Origin: a virus
Lineage: Duplodnaviria; Heunggongvirae; Uroviricota; Caudoviricetes
IMG/VR virus record: IMGVR_UViG_3300028992_000036
Length of the DNA: 64,000 nucleotides
Reading direction: 5' to 3' (one strand)
In this document: piece by piece, positions 48,451-59,512 of the stretch
Layout of the letters: every line of letters starts with the position of its first letter
How positions within the stretch are numbered: the first letter of the stretch is position 1
Position numbers and translations under genes: made by a program
The notes under the pieces: model-generated
Database searches by the model: none
Told to the model about the DNA's origin: nothing
Seen by the model: only the letters and a program-made list of their open reading frames with translations

Positions 48451-50356
48451 AGCTGCGCCCCTCTTTAACTTCCAGCGTAATAGTTTCCCGGAACCATGAC
48501 TTCATCTCTTTATGGGAGATAATCAGCACAGTACCTCGCTCGCGAGCTTTGGACTCCAGAATACCCATGAGGCGTTCAAGACCGGCTGTATCGAGTGCAT
48601 CGTCAATTTCGTCGCCGATAAACAAATCGATGTTTTTACTCGCCCGGTTACTAACCAGATCCTGCAATGCCAAAGAACACGCAATGCGAACCTTCCGCTT
48701 CTCACCACCAGAGAGGGTTTGGAACGACTTACTTGAACCTTTCTTCTGCACACTAATGTTGAATTTGTCGCGATACTCACCTTTTTTAGTGACATCCATC
48801 GTCGACCACTCAGCAGTAATATTCCCGTCAGACAACGTATTGAGATACTCGGCAGTGCGTGTATTCAGGAAAGGCGTAACAGACGTCAAAATATGAGAAC
48901 GCACCCCGGCAGGAGAGTAGACCTGACGAGCTTTTTCCAATAGCAACGTTTGTTCCTGAATAGCCTTCAACTCATCTTTTAAGGACTTGAAGGTAGACTT
49001 ACTGGATACCAGGTTATCTTCGTGTCTGGCGATAAGAGCAATAAACGGATTAATCTCTTTTGATATACGATCGACCTCAGTACGAGCACGAGTCACAAGA
49101 GACTCAATAGCAACAACCTCCTTCTCACGATGACGCAAAGATGAGAGTTGTTTCGTAAGCTCTTCAATCCGGGCAATGATAGCCGTTACATCAGGTGTCG
49201 TTTTAACAAGGGCAGACTCAATGCTTAACGCTTTCTCAAGATTCGTTTTGTGTTTAGCCATTGCCTCTGCAAGTGTCTTCGCCTGACCAATTTCCTGACG
49301 TGCTTGTTCAATGAAATTCTCCTTCACCGTTGATAGATCTTCTTCGCAGTAGGCTTTGCCACAAGTAGGGCATGGTGATCCCACTTTAGTACCAACCTCT
49401 TCTGCTTTGGTCTTAAAATTACGCGCGCGGCTCATTGCATCAGCCTGACTATTTTCTGTAGCTTTGATGCTTGCCCGAATATCAGTTATCGCACCACGAA
49501 CTTTGAGCAACTTGGCGTCATGTTCTTCTTTTGAGGCTAACTTTTTGCGCTCACTTTCGATTGCCTTCTCGGTATCACGGATCTGTTCGGGAAGAGTGCG
49601 GATCTCAAGTTCAACTTCCGTTAACTCAACTTCGGCACTGGCCAGCCCAGCCAGGGCATCGTCATAACGTTTAGAACGCTCTTGCTCCCATGATTCAGAG
49701 GAGGCTTTCGCTGACTCAATTTCTGACTGTGTTGCCTCAATGGTCGAGATTGTCGACTCCAATTTGGTTTTAACCACATCCATACGTGCGGCAGCTGCAT
49801 TAGCTCGCTCACGAGCAATAGCGTAGGCGCGTGTCAGTCTGTCAACGCCAGCGGCTTCTTCTACGATGGTTTTGAGGTTTTTGTCGGACATTCCAGGTAA
49901 ATCTGGCATAGCTTCTTGGCTCGCATAGATGGAAGCCATGAAAACCTCTTTAGATGCACCGATCAGACGCTCGACGAACTCTTGCGTCAGCGCATCTTTG
50001 CCTTTCGTCATATCGCCGTCTTCACCACGAACGATAAGCCGATTTTTGAACTCTTTGTGTTTACGGTGACGAATGATCGCATATCTCTTGCCTTCATCCT
50101 CGATGGTTACTGCAACACGACAGTTCTTTTCATGGTCGGTAGACAACACATCGTCCCCCTTCACACCATGAGCTGTTTCGCCATAAAGACACCACATCAG
50201 GCTATTCATTAGCGTTGACTTTCCAGAGCCATTACTTGATGCGGAACTATCATCACTATTAACACCCTGAATGAGCACTAAACCACGCTGATCTAACTCG
50301 ACCTCCGCGCTGGCGATAGCCATAAAATTCTCAACCTGGAGCTTTAAAAACTTCAT
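48440..50356 (-). CDS. SbcC/Rad50-like recombination ATPase
   Basis: Walker A NGSGKST, long coiled-coil with central CPTCG hook-like motif, C-terminal LSGGEKRK and Walker B DEIDDALD. Confidence 0.8.
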   Translation of the reverse strand: MKFLKLQVENFMAIASAEVELDQRGLVLIQGVNSDDSSASSNGSGKSTLMNSLMWCLYGETAHGVKGDDVLSTDHEKNCRVAVTIEDEGKRYAIIRHRKHKEFKNRLIVRGEDGDMTKGKDALTQEFVERLIGASKEVFMASIYASQEAMPDLPGMSDKNLKTIVEEAAGVDRLTRAYAIARERANAAAARMDVVKTKLESTISTIEATQSEIESAKASSESWEQERSKRYDDALAGLASAEVELTEVELEIRTLPEQIRDTEKAIESERKKLASKEEHDAKLLKVRGAITDIRASIKATENSQADAMSRARNFKTKAEEVGTKVGSPCPTCGKAYCEEDLSTVKENFIEQARQEIGQAKTLAEAMAKHKTNLEKALSIESALVKTTPDVTAIIARIEELTKQLSSLRHREKEVVAIESLVTRARTEVDRISKEINPFIALIARHEDNLVSSKSTFKSLKDELKAIQEQTLLLEKARQVYSPAGVRSHILTSVTPFLNTRTAEYLNTLSDGNITAEWSTMDVTKKGEYRDKFNISVQKKGSSKSFQTLSGGEKRKVRIACSLALQDLVSNRASKNIDLFIGDEIDDALDTAGLERLMGILESKARERGTVLIISHKEMKSWFRETITLEVKEGRSYVV

Positions 50357-50585
50357 ATAACACCTTTGATACCGTGTGTTAGCTTTTGACCTTCTTTCAA
50401 TCTGAACTCCGTATGCGCCGGGAAGGATCTGCGCCTCAATACGCCTTTTCTGGTTAACCTTCCAAGATAAAACGCTACGGGATTTCCTTGTGGCGGGTAG
50501 GGCTTGTGAAACATCACCGTCTGGCCTCGTTCAAGTCTTTTCATCGTGATGGCAAAGTCTCGAAAGCTCCCATAACGACTTTGCC

Positions 50586-51671
50586 TCACACAGCCTCCGA
50601 ACTCTCCGCTTCGGTGAGGATTTCCTGACACAAAATATCCAACTTGCTCAGATCAAATCCGCCGTCAGTATCGTGGACAATCTTGCAATAAGCAGATACC
50701 GACTCTCCCAGGCTATCGATTTTGCTGGTTTCCGTTGTGCTTGCTGTCCCTTCCATCATTGATGACTTACGGATGAAGTTGCACACGACACCTTTTGCAC
50801 CCATTGTTTTGAGGATGTTCTGGTACTTAATGCCTTCTTCATCGTTCTCAATTACGGCGCGGAAACGCACGTAGTTGCCGCGAATTTGGTCATCGGCAAC
50901 ATAATCTTCCAGGTTAATGAATTTAGGCGCACTGGTTTCGTAGTGACTGAAACTGCCGTCCGGGTTTACGATCATGTAACCAGCCAGAGATCCAACATCT
51001 CCCCAATTTTGATGGGTCAGCGCACCGACACTGATAACTCCAGGAATGACCTCTTTGTGGTTGTGGTAATGCCCACTAAGCACGAGACGAAAGCCGATAT
51101 CCTTTAACTCCTGCGCATCGATACCGACGTCAGGCATTGTTGGAATGGCTTTGTTAATGGATGTATGGATAACAACGTCATGGTTATCACCTTCTACGCT
51201 CTTACGTAATGCTTTCAGATCGCTGATAAGCTCCGCATGATTGTTACGCCAGCTAATCAGGTGGACAGTCACATCACCAATTTTTATTGAGTGTGGGCGC
51301 TTGCCACATACGATTACCACGCCGATAGAACTCAGCGATGCTGCTGCGTTGGCGCTATATACTGAATCGTTGGTTTCAAGATCGTGATTACCGGCCAGCA
51401 TTACTACTGTCAGATCAAGCTCGTTGATAATCCACTTGTACGTTTCAGTTACGTAATGCAAAACAGAAGGGGACACAGTTCCTCGGACGTGAAATGTATC
51501 ACCGGCAACCAACATGTACTTACAACCGGCCTTCTTCATGGCGATGGCTGCTTCTTTCGTTGCTTCCAACTGTATTTCAAGTCTGGAGTTAAGCCCCTCT
51601 GCGTTCGTCGTGGAGAACGCATCCCATTTGTGGTAGTGGCAGTCAGAAATGACGCCGTATGGCAAAGTCAT
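50586..51671 (-). CDS. SbcD/Mre11-like nuclease
   Basis: Calcineurin-like phosphoesterase motifs DCHYH, GDTFH, GNHD, GHYH; AAAGGAAA RBS. Confidence 0.8.
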   Translation of the reverse strand: MTLPYGVISDCHYHKWDAFSTTNAEGLNSRLEIQLEATKEAAIAMKKAGCKYMLVAGDTFHVRGTVSPSVLHYVTETYKWIINELDLTVVMLAGNHDLETNDSVYSANAAASLSSIGVVIVCGKRPHSIKIGDVTVHLISWRNNHAELISDLKALRKSVEGDNHDVVIHTSINKAIPTMPDVGIDAQELKDIGFRLVLSGHYHNHKEVIPGVISVGALTHQNWGDVGSLAGYMIVNPDGSFSHYETSAPKFINLEDYVADDQIRGNYVRFRAVIENDEEGIKYQNILKTMGAKGVVCNFIRKSSMMEGTASTTETSKIDSLGESVSAYCKIVHDTDGGFDLSKLDILCQEILTEAESSEAV

Positions 51672-51925
51672 GTGTTTTTCCTTTGTGGTTATTTTGATAC
51701 AAATTTTAAGAGCAATGAGAAGGTAAACAACTATGCATAACGGTATGTTAGGAATGAAACGAGCGTCTTAATATACAAAACTTATAAGTAAGTATATACC
51801 TATTTATTGTGGCGCAACTTTGCTTGTCTGTATGACTAAAAATAAGACAGGATCACTGTAGAACGCTATGAGAGCTATTTTGAGGAGGCGTAGATTCTAT
51901 CTACGCCAATATACGATCTGGAGGG

Positions 51926-52570
51926 TTACAGCGCGTCAGTGGGCTTTTTACGCGCTGCGTTTATGCTTATGACGCCAGCTTTTGGACGTGGGTCAACAAG
52001 GTTAAGCTCTTCTTCGCTGTGGTATTCGAGGTCGAACTCACGTTTTACATGTCTGATGTAGATTGCGGTGAGCAGGCTATCTTTGGTCAGAAAGTGTCCG
52101 TAGGATTTGCGGATCACTTCTTCTACCTTCTCGATTTTCTCACCACCCATACAGAGATGATTAAACCGGCTGTGTTTCCGCAACATTTCGTCTACTGGGC
52201 CTGAGTAAACCTTGTCTACTTTCCCAAAACGGATGATTTTCCCTGTGTCTGCGGATACGAGGCAAATCAGCTTGTCTGGTGATAAACGATCTCGCCACGT
52301 CACACCTGAACGGAGTGTGTTGAAGTAGGGAGCATCCAATCCGATGATCGGTTTACGAAATGCGAGTAATGGAACGTACCTGATGCAACTGTTTAAATGA
52401 AAATTCACACCAGCCTTATCAAGTTTAATTCTGGTTTCGTAGATCGGGCACTTCGCCGCTATACCGCAGATGTCACAAAGCAACTTCTGCTTATTCAGGT
52501 TGGAATTTGATTCGATAGTGTAGGAGCCGTCTTCAAGACGACGAACCCAGCGCGTGCGTTTTAGATCCAT
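51926..52570 (-). CDS. hypothetical protein divergent from repA
   Basis: 214-aa ORF; no clear RBS. Confidence 0.35.
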   Translation of the reverse strand: MDLKRTRWVRRLEDGSYTIESNSNLNKQKLLCDICGIAAKCPIYETRIKLDKAGVNFHLNSCIRYVPLLAFRKPIIGLDAPYFNTLRSGVTWRDRLSPDKLICLVSADTGKIIRFGKVDKVYSGPVDEMLRKHSRFNHLCMGGEKIEKVEEVIRKSYGHFLTKDSLLTAIYIRHVKREFDLEYHSEEELNLVDPRPKAGVISINAARKKPTDAL

Positions 52571-52769
52571 ATGTCATTTTTCTGTGATTGTTAGCCGAGG
52601 CAACGATAACCCACCAGGTGCGCCGAAGGTAGTAAATGCCTGTTTTAATTATTCACATATCCACAGGATAGATCCTAATAAAGAGATCCATAGATAGATC
52701 CTTATATAGATCAAATAAGATCCCCGATCGCTGTAAGCCGCGCCACGACTGGTCTGAAGTCATGTTCAT

Positions 52770-52871
52770 GTATGCTGTCAGCGGTAATTGATAGTCTGTC
52801 AGCGGTTCACCGTATGCTGCCAACTGTTTTTGGTATTCTGTCAGCGGCAAATCAAGTATGCTGTCAGCGGT
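52770..52871. repeat. replication iterons, upstream set (5 copies, ~21-22 bp phase)
   Basis: (G)TATGCTGTCAGCGGT-type direct repeats at 52770, 52791, 52811, 52832, 52856. Confidence 0.7.
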
Positions 52872-52891
52872 TGAATGACAAAGGTGTCCAC

Positions 52892-53986
52892 ATGTCCACA
52901 AAAAATAAAAAAGGTAAAAATAACAAAGAAGTAGAAGATAACATCGACAACTTTGAAGAAGGTTCCCTTGAATTGTACACAGGGGAACTTGTCCCTAATA
53001 GCAACAATACAGTCCAACCAATTGCGTTGATGCGACTGGGGTTGTTCGTCCCCACGCTTAAGGGAACAAAATACAGTAAACGTAACAAGCCAAATGAGAT
53101 CGATGCTTCAAAGGAGCTTGTCCAGCTCGAAGTAGCCCGTTCTGAAGGCTATTCCGATATCAAGATAACCGGTCCTCGTCTCGACATGGATCATGATTTC
53201 AAAACGTGGGTGGGCGTTGTGCGTTCGCTGGCAGAATACGGCGAACCTAACGGTCGTGTCGAGTTAAGCATCACGAAATTTGCGAAGTTTTGTGGCTATC
53301 CATCGTCACAGATCCGCAAAACACTCCGCGACCGGCTTACAAACAGTCTTTTGAAGATCATGCGTACAACTCTGTCTTTCCAGAGAACGTATGAAGAAAA
53401 GAACGTCGACGGCTCTAACAAGATCTCGCTTCTGATGGTGCACCTCATCAATAGCGTGGACTACAACGAGCAGAAAGATACGGTGGTGTTCTATGCAGAA
53501 CCGAAGCTGGCCGAACTATATCGCTTTGACCATAAGGTTCTTTTGCAGTTAAAGGTTATCAATAAGCTACCACGCAAAGAAACAGCACAGGCTCTGTACA
53601 CCTTCATCGAAAGTCTTCCAACCAAGCCTGCGCCGGTATCGCTTGCTCGATTGCGTGCGCGACTCAATTTGAGTAGCAGGAATGTCAGCTCGCAGAATCA
53701 GACTATACGTAACGGCTTAAAAGCTCTCCAAGATTTGGGCTATCTCGAATACAGCGAGATTAAGCGTGGGCGGTCGATCTATATCCAGATTCACAGCCGC
53801 AATCCAAAACTCAAAGTCGCACCGCCAAAACCTGAAGACATCGAACCCAAAAAACCAGATGAGAAAGCCGGGGAAATTGATGCCAAACAGAACATTATCA
53901 ATAAGATAACCGAACTTTCGCAGAATTTGACGCCTGAAAATATCAAGATGATTGAGATCCTTTCCAATAGTCTCAAACTGCTTTGA
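52892..53986 (+). CDS. repA: plasmid-type replication initiator RepA
   Basis: 364 aa from ATG 52892 (AAAGGTG RBS), flanked by iteron arrays; iteron-binding initiator layout. Confidence 0.7.
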   Translation: MSTKNKKGKNNKEVEDNIDNFEEGSLELYTGELVPNSNNTVQPIALMRLGLFVPTLKGTKYSKRNKPNEIDASKELVQLEVARSEGYSDIKITGPRLDMDHDFKTWVGVVRSLAEYGEPNGRVELSITKFAKFCGYPSSQIRKTLRDRLTNSLLKIMRTTLSFQRTYEEKNVDGSNKISLLMVHLINSVDYNEQKDTVVFYAEPKLAELYRFDHKVLLQLKVINKLPRKETAQALYTFIESLPTKPAPVSLARLRARLNLSSRNVSSQNQTIRNGLKALQDLGYLEYSEIKRGRSIYIQIHSRNPKLKVAPPKPEDIEPKKPDEKAGEIDAKQNIINKITELSQNLTPENIKMIEILSNSLKLL

Positions 53987-54518
53987 TATGCTGTCAGCGG
54001 TGAAATGTATGCTATCAGCGGCTATTTTTCTGAAAAGTATGCTGTGAACGGTTAAAGATATGCTACCAGCGGTATAGTGAGATGAACGTATGCTGTGAGC
54101 GGTAAATCATCTATCACCACTCAATGCTCTGCCATACCTCCCCAGTGGTTACTAACCTCGAAGAGTGCATTCCATATAGGTTTGCGCTCACTAACATTCT
54201 ATTGCTATTGCGCTGATTGCTTGTAGTGAAAGGCATTTGTTGCCTGCTACTCCCTGATAGAATGTATGCTGTCAGCGGTGTTTTATTGAGGAATTTTTGT
54301 TTGGATATGCTATCAGCGGTAATTAATGGTATATGTCAGACCTTCGTATGCTGCCAGCGGTAATTTTGTTCTGGTTATACCCATACCGGGACACATTATT
54401 CATGCAATGTCTTAAGTATGCTGTCAGCGGTAAAAAATCGAGTAAAGTATGCTGTGAGCGGTGAGATAGACTCTCGATATGCTATCAGCGGTAGTTGATT
54501 GTGTATGCTGTCAGCGGT
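53986..54518. repeat. replication/incompatibility iterons, downstream set (~12 copies in two groups)
   Basis: TATGCT(G/A)T(C/G)AGCGGT-type direct repeats from the repA stop to 54518. Confidence 0.7.
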
Positions 54519-54565
54519 GACGACTATGAAATATGACTGCGGAACGTGCCGCAGTCAGTTTGCAT

Positions 54566-54778
54566 TTAGTGTATTTTCTTTAACAGACCCCAAAGTGTTC
54601 CGGCTTTTGTAGTCAGTTTTCCTGTTTCTGGATCGTACATACGCCATTCACGCCGCTGGTGGACGATATACCCATCTTCACGTTCCAGACGCTCAAGAAT
54701 GCCAGGCTGCTTGAAACCCTTAGCACGCCAGTAGCCGCTTGTTTTCTCGATTTCCAGACCTGCCAGTGTTAATGCCAT
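54566..54778 (-). CDS. small hypothetical protein
   Basis: 70 aa; start overlaps upstream stop (TAATG). Confidence 0.4.
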   Translation of the reverse strand: MALTLAGLEIEKTSGYWRAKGFKQPGILERLEREDGYIVHQRREWRMYDPETGKLTTKAGTLWGLLKKIH

Positions 54779-55113
54779 TACCCAACCTCCTTGCAGTCAT
54801 CGAAAAGGTAGCTGTCGTTCTTCGCGTGAACGCCGTATACATCACCCGATTTGTTGTAAACGAACCTATCTTTACCTACGCCAGATAGTTCGCCGTTACG
54901 TTTAGTGAGAAACGGGGAAGACAGGACGCGATCATCGCGTACCACATAAAACTGTTCGCCACGGTCCACAACCATCGCGCCGTAATTAGCTTTAACGGCG
55001 TTGCGGATCAGGCCGTTTTTCGCTTCGACCACAAACATTTCGCACTCATAGACATGTGTGTCCGCAAAGACGGGGAGAGTGAGCAGCGCCAGTACCAGGG
55101 CTGTTTTCTTCAT
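54778..55113 (-). CDS. small secreted protein, putative
   Basis: Signal peptide MKKTALVLALLTLPVFA; AAGGAG RBS. Confidence 0.5.
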   Translation of the reverse strand: MKKTALVLALLTLPVFADTHVYECEMFVVEAKNGLIRNAVKANYGAMVVDRGEQFYVVRDDRVLSSPFLTKRNGELSGVGKDRFVYNKSGDVYGVHAKNDSYLFDDCKEVG

Positions 55114-55289
55114 GCCACGACTCCTTTGAAAACGCCTAATGCTGAGTCGAAGACCAGTACTACGGCCAGCGCATTGATCATCACATCATTAACAGGCGCC
55201 AGCGCTTTACGGATTGCCCCTGTGAAGATGCAGTCGAGCACAAAGGCTATCGAGATAATAAGTAACGTGATATCTAATAAAATTTTCAC
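55110..55289 (-). CDS. 59-aa hydrophobic small membrane protein (below ORF-track cutoff), putative
   Basis: GTG start; MKILLDITLLIISIAFVLDCIFTGAIRK...; stop overlaps downstream ATG (ATGA); motif B-like sequence directly upstream. Confidence 0.3.
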   Translation of the reverse strand: MKILLDITLLIISIAFVLDCIFTGAIRKALAPVNDVMINALAVVLVFDSALGVFKGVVA

Positions 55290-55328
55290 GATAGGTAAAT
55301 GCTAACTTATATATTTTTGCTGTAAATA

Positions 55329-55604
55329 TCACTCAAAAGTGCTGATACCCAAAATGCGCTCAAGATGGGCCGCGTCTTCATCGCTTACCAGCATTGTGTC
55401 GTCTACGTACCAGCAGCTACCGTTGTGCCAACAAACACCGTCATCATCGATATAAATAGAATCCGCATCCATTCCTGTGTATTCAACTAGATTGCGTTCA
55501 ATTGCCGCTTGAATTTCTTCATCGTTCAGCCCGTCGCACTTGATCATGAACAACGGGTAAACGTCATAGTCGGTACTAGATGAAATGCGAACCAAAGTCT
55601 TCAT
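55329..55604 (-). CDS. small acidic hypothetical protein
   Basis: ATG 55604 with AAGGAG RBS; motif B at 55621-55638. Confidence 0.4.
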   Translation of the reverse strand: MKTLVRISSSTDYDVYPLFMIKCDGLNDEEIQAAIERNLVEYTGMDADSIYIDDDGVCWHNGSCWYVDDTMLVSDEDAAHLERILGISTFE

Positions 55605-55783
55605 GTGTTTTCTCCTTGTTGGTAAGTACTTATCTATCTTAATGGGCGCTATAAGGCGCACAATCATTGTGTTCAGGCTGGTGGAAAGAACTTCTCCAGC
55701 GTGTGGTTGATAGCCTTATCAATGTGCATCAGGTGCCAGACGACCATATCTTTGCTTCCAATGCCGCGAGTGTAGATGAAGTG

Positions 55784-56289
<506 letters not shown>

Positions 56290-56480
56290 TGGCTCGGTCA
56301 CGGCGAACTGCCGTTCAAGGTAGTTAGGGATAGCAACATGTTCATGACCACCACGTTTATACCGGTGAGTCGGCTGCTGACAGCTGACCAGCCCCAGCTC
56401 CTTGGCAATTTGACGTCCTTTCAGGCCTGGTGACCCACCTAATAACTCTGAGACTGCCTTCAGCAAACCATCACTCCTTT

Positions 56481-59400
56481 CTACCTACCCACCATTCGTT
56501 GCATACTTTGCGTCCACGAGGCTTTAAATGCTGAATCTCCTGCGAACAACTTGTAGAGCTCAAGTTCATCTTTACGGCGTTGCAGCATGATTTCCTTGAG
56601 CATTTTTTCGAAGGCCAAATTTCGATTATGGGGATCTGGGTTGTTTTTGTATTTCGATTCGAAGTCAGGGTGATTGCGGATACTTTCAGCGATGTTCACG
56701 AACTTAACCTTTTGCTCTTCAGGTGTGGCACTCCAGCCCTGGAACCATCGCTCATTAAATGTGCGAATGATTTCATCCAGCGGGTCAGTTTCTTTTTCAC
56801 CGCCATGCACCCCACGTGGGTTCGGATTTTGAGGATCAAGCTCCGCTTCTTGGTCACTAAGTTTAATGCTGTGGTTAAGCTTCACACGTTGCAAACCGTA
56901 TGAACTCAGATCGACAGAATCGAGAAGCTCATCAATAGCATCAGCATCGGGATCTTCCACTTTCAATTTCGGTATTAAAAACTTCAGGAACCAAAACAGT
57001 TTTTCCCAGCTGACCATTTCATAAGGCATGATAGAAGCCATCTGCCCATAGATTTTAACGAACTGTTTGGCTTTAATCTTAAAGTCCACTTTAGCTTCAG
57101 CTTCAAGATCTAGTTCATGGTCAAACCGCGCTGCGGCAATATCAATGATTGGACTGAGTGTTTGGGCGTCTTCATTCTTGAAATAACGCGTCACAAAGTC
57201 TTCAACTTCATACCACTCGTACACACCGACATCGTCCATTTCATCTTTCAACTCGTGCAGTACGTTTATATCTGTAGCTTGGGACAATGACGTTGCTGTA
57301 TAGAAAGGATCGAATGCTGATTGAATATCTTCAACCGAGTTGAAAAAATCCAGGATAAACAAGTCTTCTGTTTTCTTCCCTAGCTTAGGTGCACTGCGAT
57401 TGAGCCTAGATAGCGCCTGAACACACAAGACACTGGCGAGCTTCTTATCTACATACATGGCGCAAAGCTTAGGCTGGTCAAACCCAGTCAGATACTTGTT
57501 AGCAACCACTAAAAGTCGATACTCATCGGTATCAAACATATCTTTGGTATCTGACTCGGCAAAACCATTAATATCTGCTTCGGTATATTCAATACCATCA
57601 ACTTCTTTGGTTCCTGAGAAAGCAATGGCAACTTTAAACGGGTTTCCTTGCTCCTCAAGTATTCGCCTTATCGCTTTGTAGTATCGAATGGCCGCCTCAA
57701 TATTTTGAGTGACCACCATTCCTTTACCTTTACCTTTGAGCTTTTTCGTATTCACGACATGCGGAACAAAATGCTCCAGCATAATCTCTGCCTTGATATC
57801 AATTGTTTGCTGGCTTCGTTCTACATAAGCTCTGAGTTTTTTCTGCGCCTTTTTGGTATCAAACTCAGGGTTATCAGCAATTGATTTCTCAATCTCATAA
57901 TAACTTTTGTACGTCGTATAATTTGCCAGCACATCCAAGATGAAGCCTTCTTCAATGGCTTGTTTCATCGAATACAAGTGAAACGGCTTGTAAGAGCCAT
58001 CTTCTTGGCGTTGACCAAATTTCTCCAAAGTGCTGTTTTTTGGTGTCGCTGTAAATGCCAGGTACGACGCATTCCCGCGCATCTTACGCGATCTCATCGC
58101 CTGAAGGATTTTATCCTGAGCATCTTCTGCCTCTTCGACTTCAGACTTGCCCATCGCTCGGTTCATATTGTCATGCGCCGAACCAGACTGTGAGCTGTGT
58201 GCTTCATCGATGATCACTGCAAAGCGCTTGTCACTAAGATCGGCGATACCATCAATAATGAACGGGAATTTCTGAATCGTCGTTATAATAATCTTTTTGC
58301 CATTCTCCAGCGCCTGCTTAAGCTCAGAAGACTTATTCGCTGGGGCAATAATGTTCTTTACTTCAGAAAACTCTTTAATGTTATCCCGCAGCTGCTTGTC
58401 CAATAGGCGTCTATCGGTGACCACAATCACAGAGTCAAACAACGGCTGCTCCAAGCTTTTTCCGCCTGCCACATCAGACGAAGCAGGATAGGTTTCAATT
58501 AGCTGATAAGCTGCCCAGGTAATCGAGTTAGACTTACCTGAACCGGCTGAGTGTTGAATTAAGTAAGTCTGACCGACACCGTGCTGGGCGGCATGGTCTA
58601 CTAATTTTCTCACCACATCCAATTGATGGTATCGAGGAAAGAACAGGGTTCGCTTGGGTAATGGATCTTTGCTTGACCCATCCAGACGCACAAAATGCTG
58701 AATAATATTCGCCAAGCTGTCTTTAGTGAATACTTCTTGCCATAGGTATGCCGTTTTATGGCCAGATGGATTCGGCGGGTTGCCTTGTCCAAGATTGTGA
58801 CCTTTATTGAACGGCAAGAAGAATGTACTGCTACCTGATAACTTGGTGGTCATATACACTTCGTCGGTATCGACCGCCATATGCACTAGGCAGCGGCCAA
58901 AGGTCAGCAATGGCTGAGTTGCATCCCGATCATCTCGATACTGCTTTTGGCCGTGATAACGTGCTGTTTGCCCGGTCCATGCGTTCTTCAACTCCAGCGT
59001 TATCAAGGGTATTCCGTTGATAAACAATACCATGTCGATTTCTTGTAGGGGATTTACCATGGAATAGCGCACTTGGCGAGTACAACTAAACACGTTATCT
59101 GCAAAGTTTTGCTTTACCTTCTCACTACTACTTGCCAAAGGGGCTGGATAGAGCAAATTGAAATGAGCATCGTCTACGCTTAGCCCTTTCTTAAGTAAAT
59201 GAAGAATGCCATGCTTCTTAATCAGTCGGTCAAATCGTTCGAGTAACTTACGTTGCCAATCTGAGGGGTTGTTCTTTTGCAGTTTGGCCAACTCTACTTC
59301 TTGTGTCTTTTGCAGAAATTGCCAGAAAAAACGTTCATCAATGGCATATTGCATATTAAAGTCACTAGCAGCACCAATGAAGTATCCAGCACCCAGTGAC

Positions 59401-59498
59401 TGCTGACTCAGCCCCTCTTTGAGCTCTTCAGTACTGATCCCAGCCAGACATTTCTCAATGGCCGACTCTAATGCTTGTTCATTGGTTTGACTGACCAT
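56481..59498 (-). CDS. hsdR: type I restriction enzyme R subunit
   Basis: N-terminal nuclease motif D..(13)..ELK, helicase motif [13 protein letters not shown] box VIIDEAHSS; 1005 aa; AAGGGA RBS. Confidence 0.85.
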   Translation of the reverse strand: MVSQTNEQALESAIEKCLAGISTEELKEGLSQQSLGAGYFIGAASDFNMQYAIDERFFWQFLQKTQEVELAKLQKNNPSDWQRKLLERFDRLIKKHGILHLLKKGLSVDDAHFNLLYPAPLASSSEKVKQNFADNVFSCTRQVRYSMVNPLQEIDMVLFINGIPLITLELKNAWTGQTARYHGQKQYRDDRDATQPLLTFGRCLVHMAVDTDEVYMTTKLSGSSTFFLPFNKGHNLGQGNPPNPSGHKTAYLWQEVFTKDSLANIIQHFVRLDGSSKDPLPKRTLFFPRYHQLDVVRKLVDHAAQHGVGQTYLIQHSAGSGKSNSITWAAYQLIETYPASSDVAGGKSLEQPLFDSVIVVTDRRLLDKQLRDNIKEFSEVKNIIAPANKSSELKQALENGKKIIITTIQKFPFIIDGIADLSDKRFAVIIDEAHSSQSGSAHDNMNRAMGKSEVEEAEDAQDKILQAMRSRKMRGNASYLAFTATPKNSTLEKFGQRQEDGSYKPFHLYSMKQAIEEGFILDVLANYTTYKSYYEIEKSIADNPEFDTKKAQKKLRAYVERSQQTIDIKAEIMLEHFVPHVVNTKKLKGKGKGMVVTQNIEAAIRYYKAIRRILEEQGNPFKVAIAFSGTKEVDGIEYTEADINGFAESDTKDMFDTDEYRLLVVANKYLTGFDQPKLCAMYVDKKLASVLCVQALSRLNRSAPKLGKKTEDLFILDFFNSVEDIQSAFDPFYTATSLSQATDINVLHELKDEMDDVGVYEWYEVEDFVTRYFKNEDAQTLSPIIDIAAARFDHELDLEAEAKVDFKIKAKQFVKIYGQMASIMPYEMVSWEKLFWFLKFLIPKLKVEDPDADAIDELLDSVDLSSYGLQRVKLNHSIKLSDQEAELDPQNPNPRGVHGGEKETDPLDEIIRTFNERWFQGWSATPEEQKVKFVNIAESIRNHPDFESKYKNNPDPHNRNLAFEKMLKEIMLQRRKDELELYKLFAGDSAFKASWTQSMQRMVGR

Positions 59499-59512
59499 AA
59501 TTGTAAGTTCCC

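Noticed and set aside
50353-50631. 92-aa ORF between the SbcD-like and SbcC-like genes
   Set aside because: Mostly overlaps the SbcD-like C-terminus in another frame; the only non-overlapping start has a poorly placed RBS.
52770-54518. Arrays of short direct repeats that could be taken for a CRISPR array
   Set aside because: Repeats are 15-19 bp, imperfect, at ~21-22-bp phase with spacers too short for CRISPR, no cas genes, and they flank a RepA gene; called plasmid iterons.
55054-55305. 83-aa plus-strand ORF
   Set aside because: Antisense to the better-supported 59-aa minus-strand membrane ORF and overlaps the secreted-protein gene start; no RBS.
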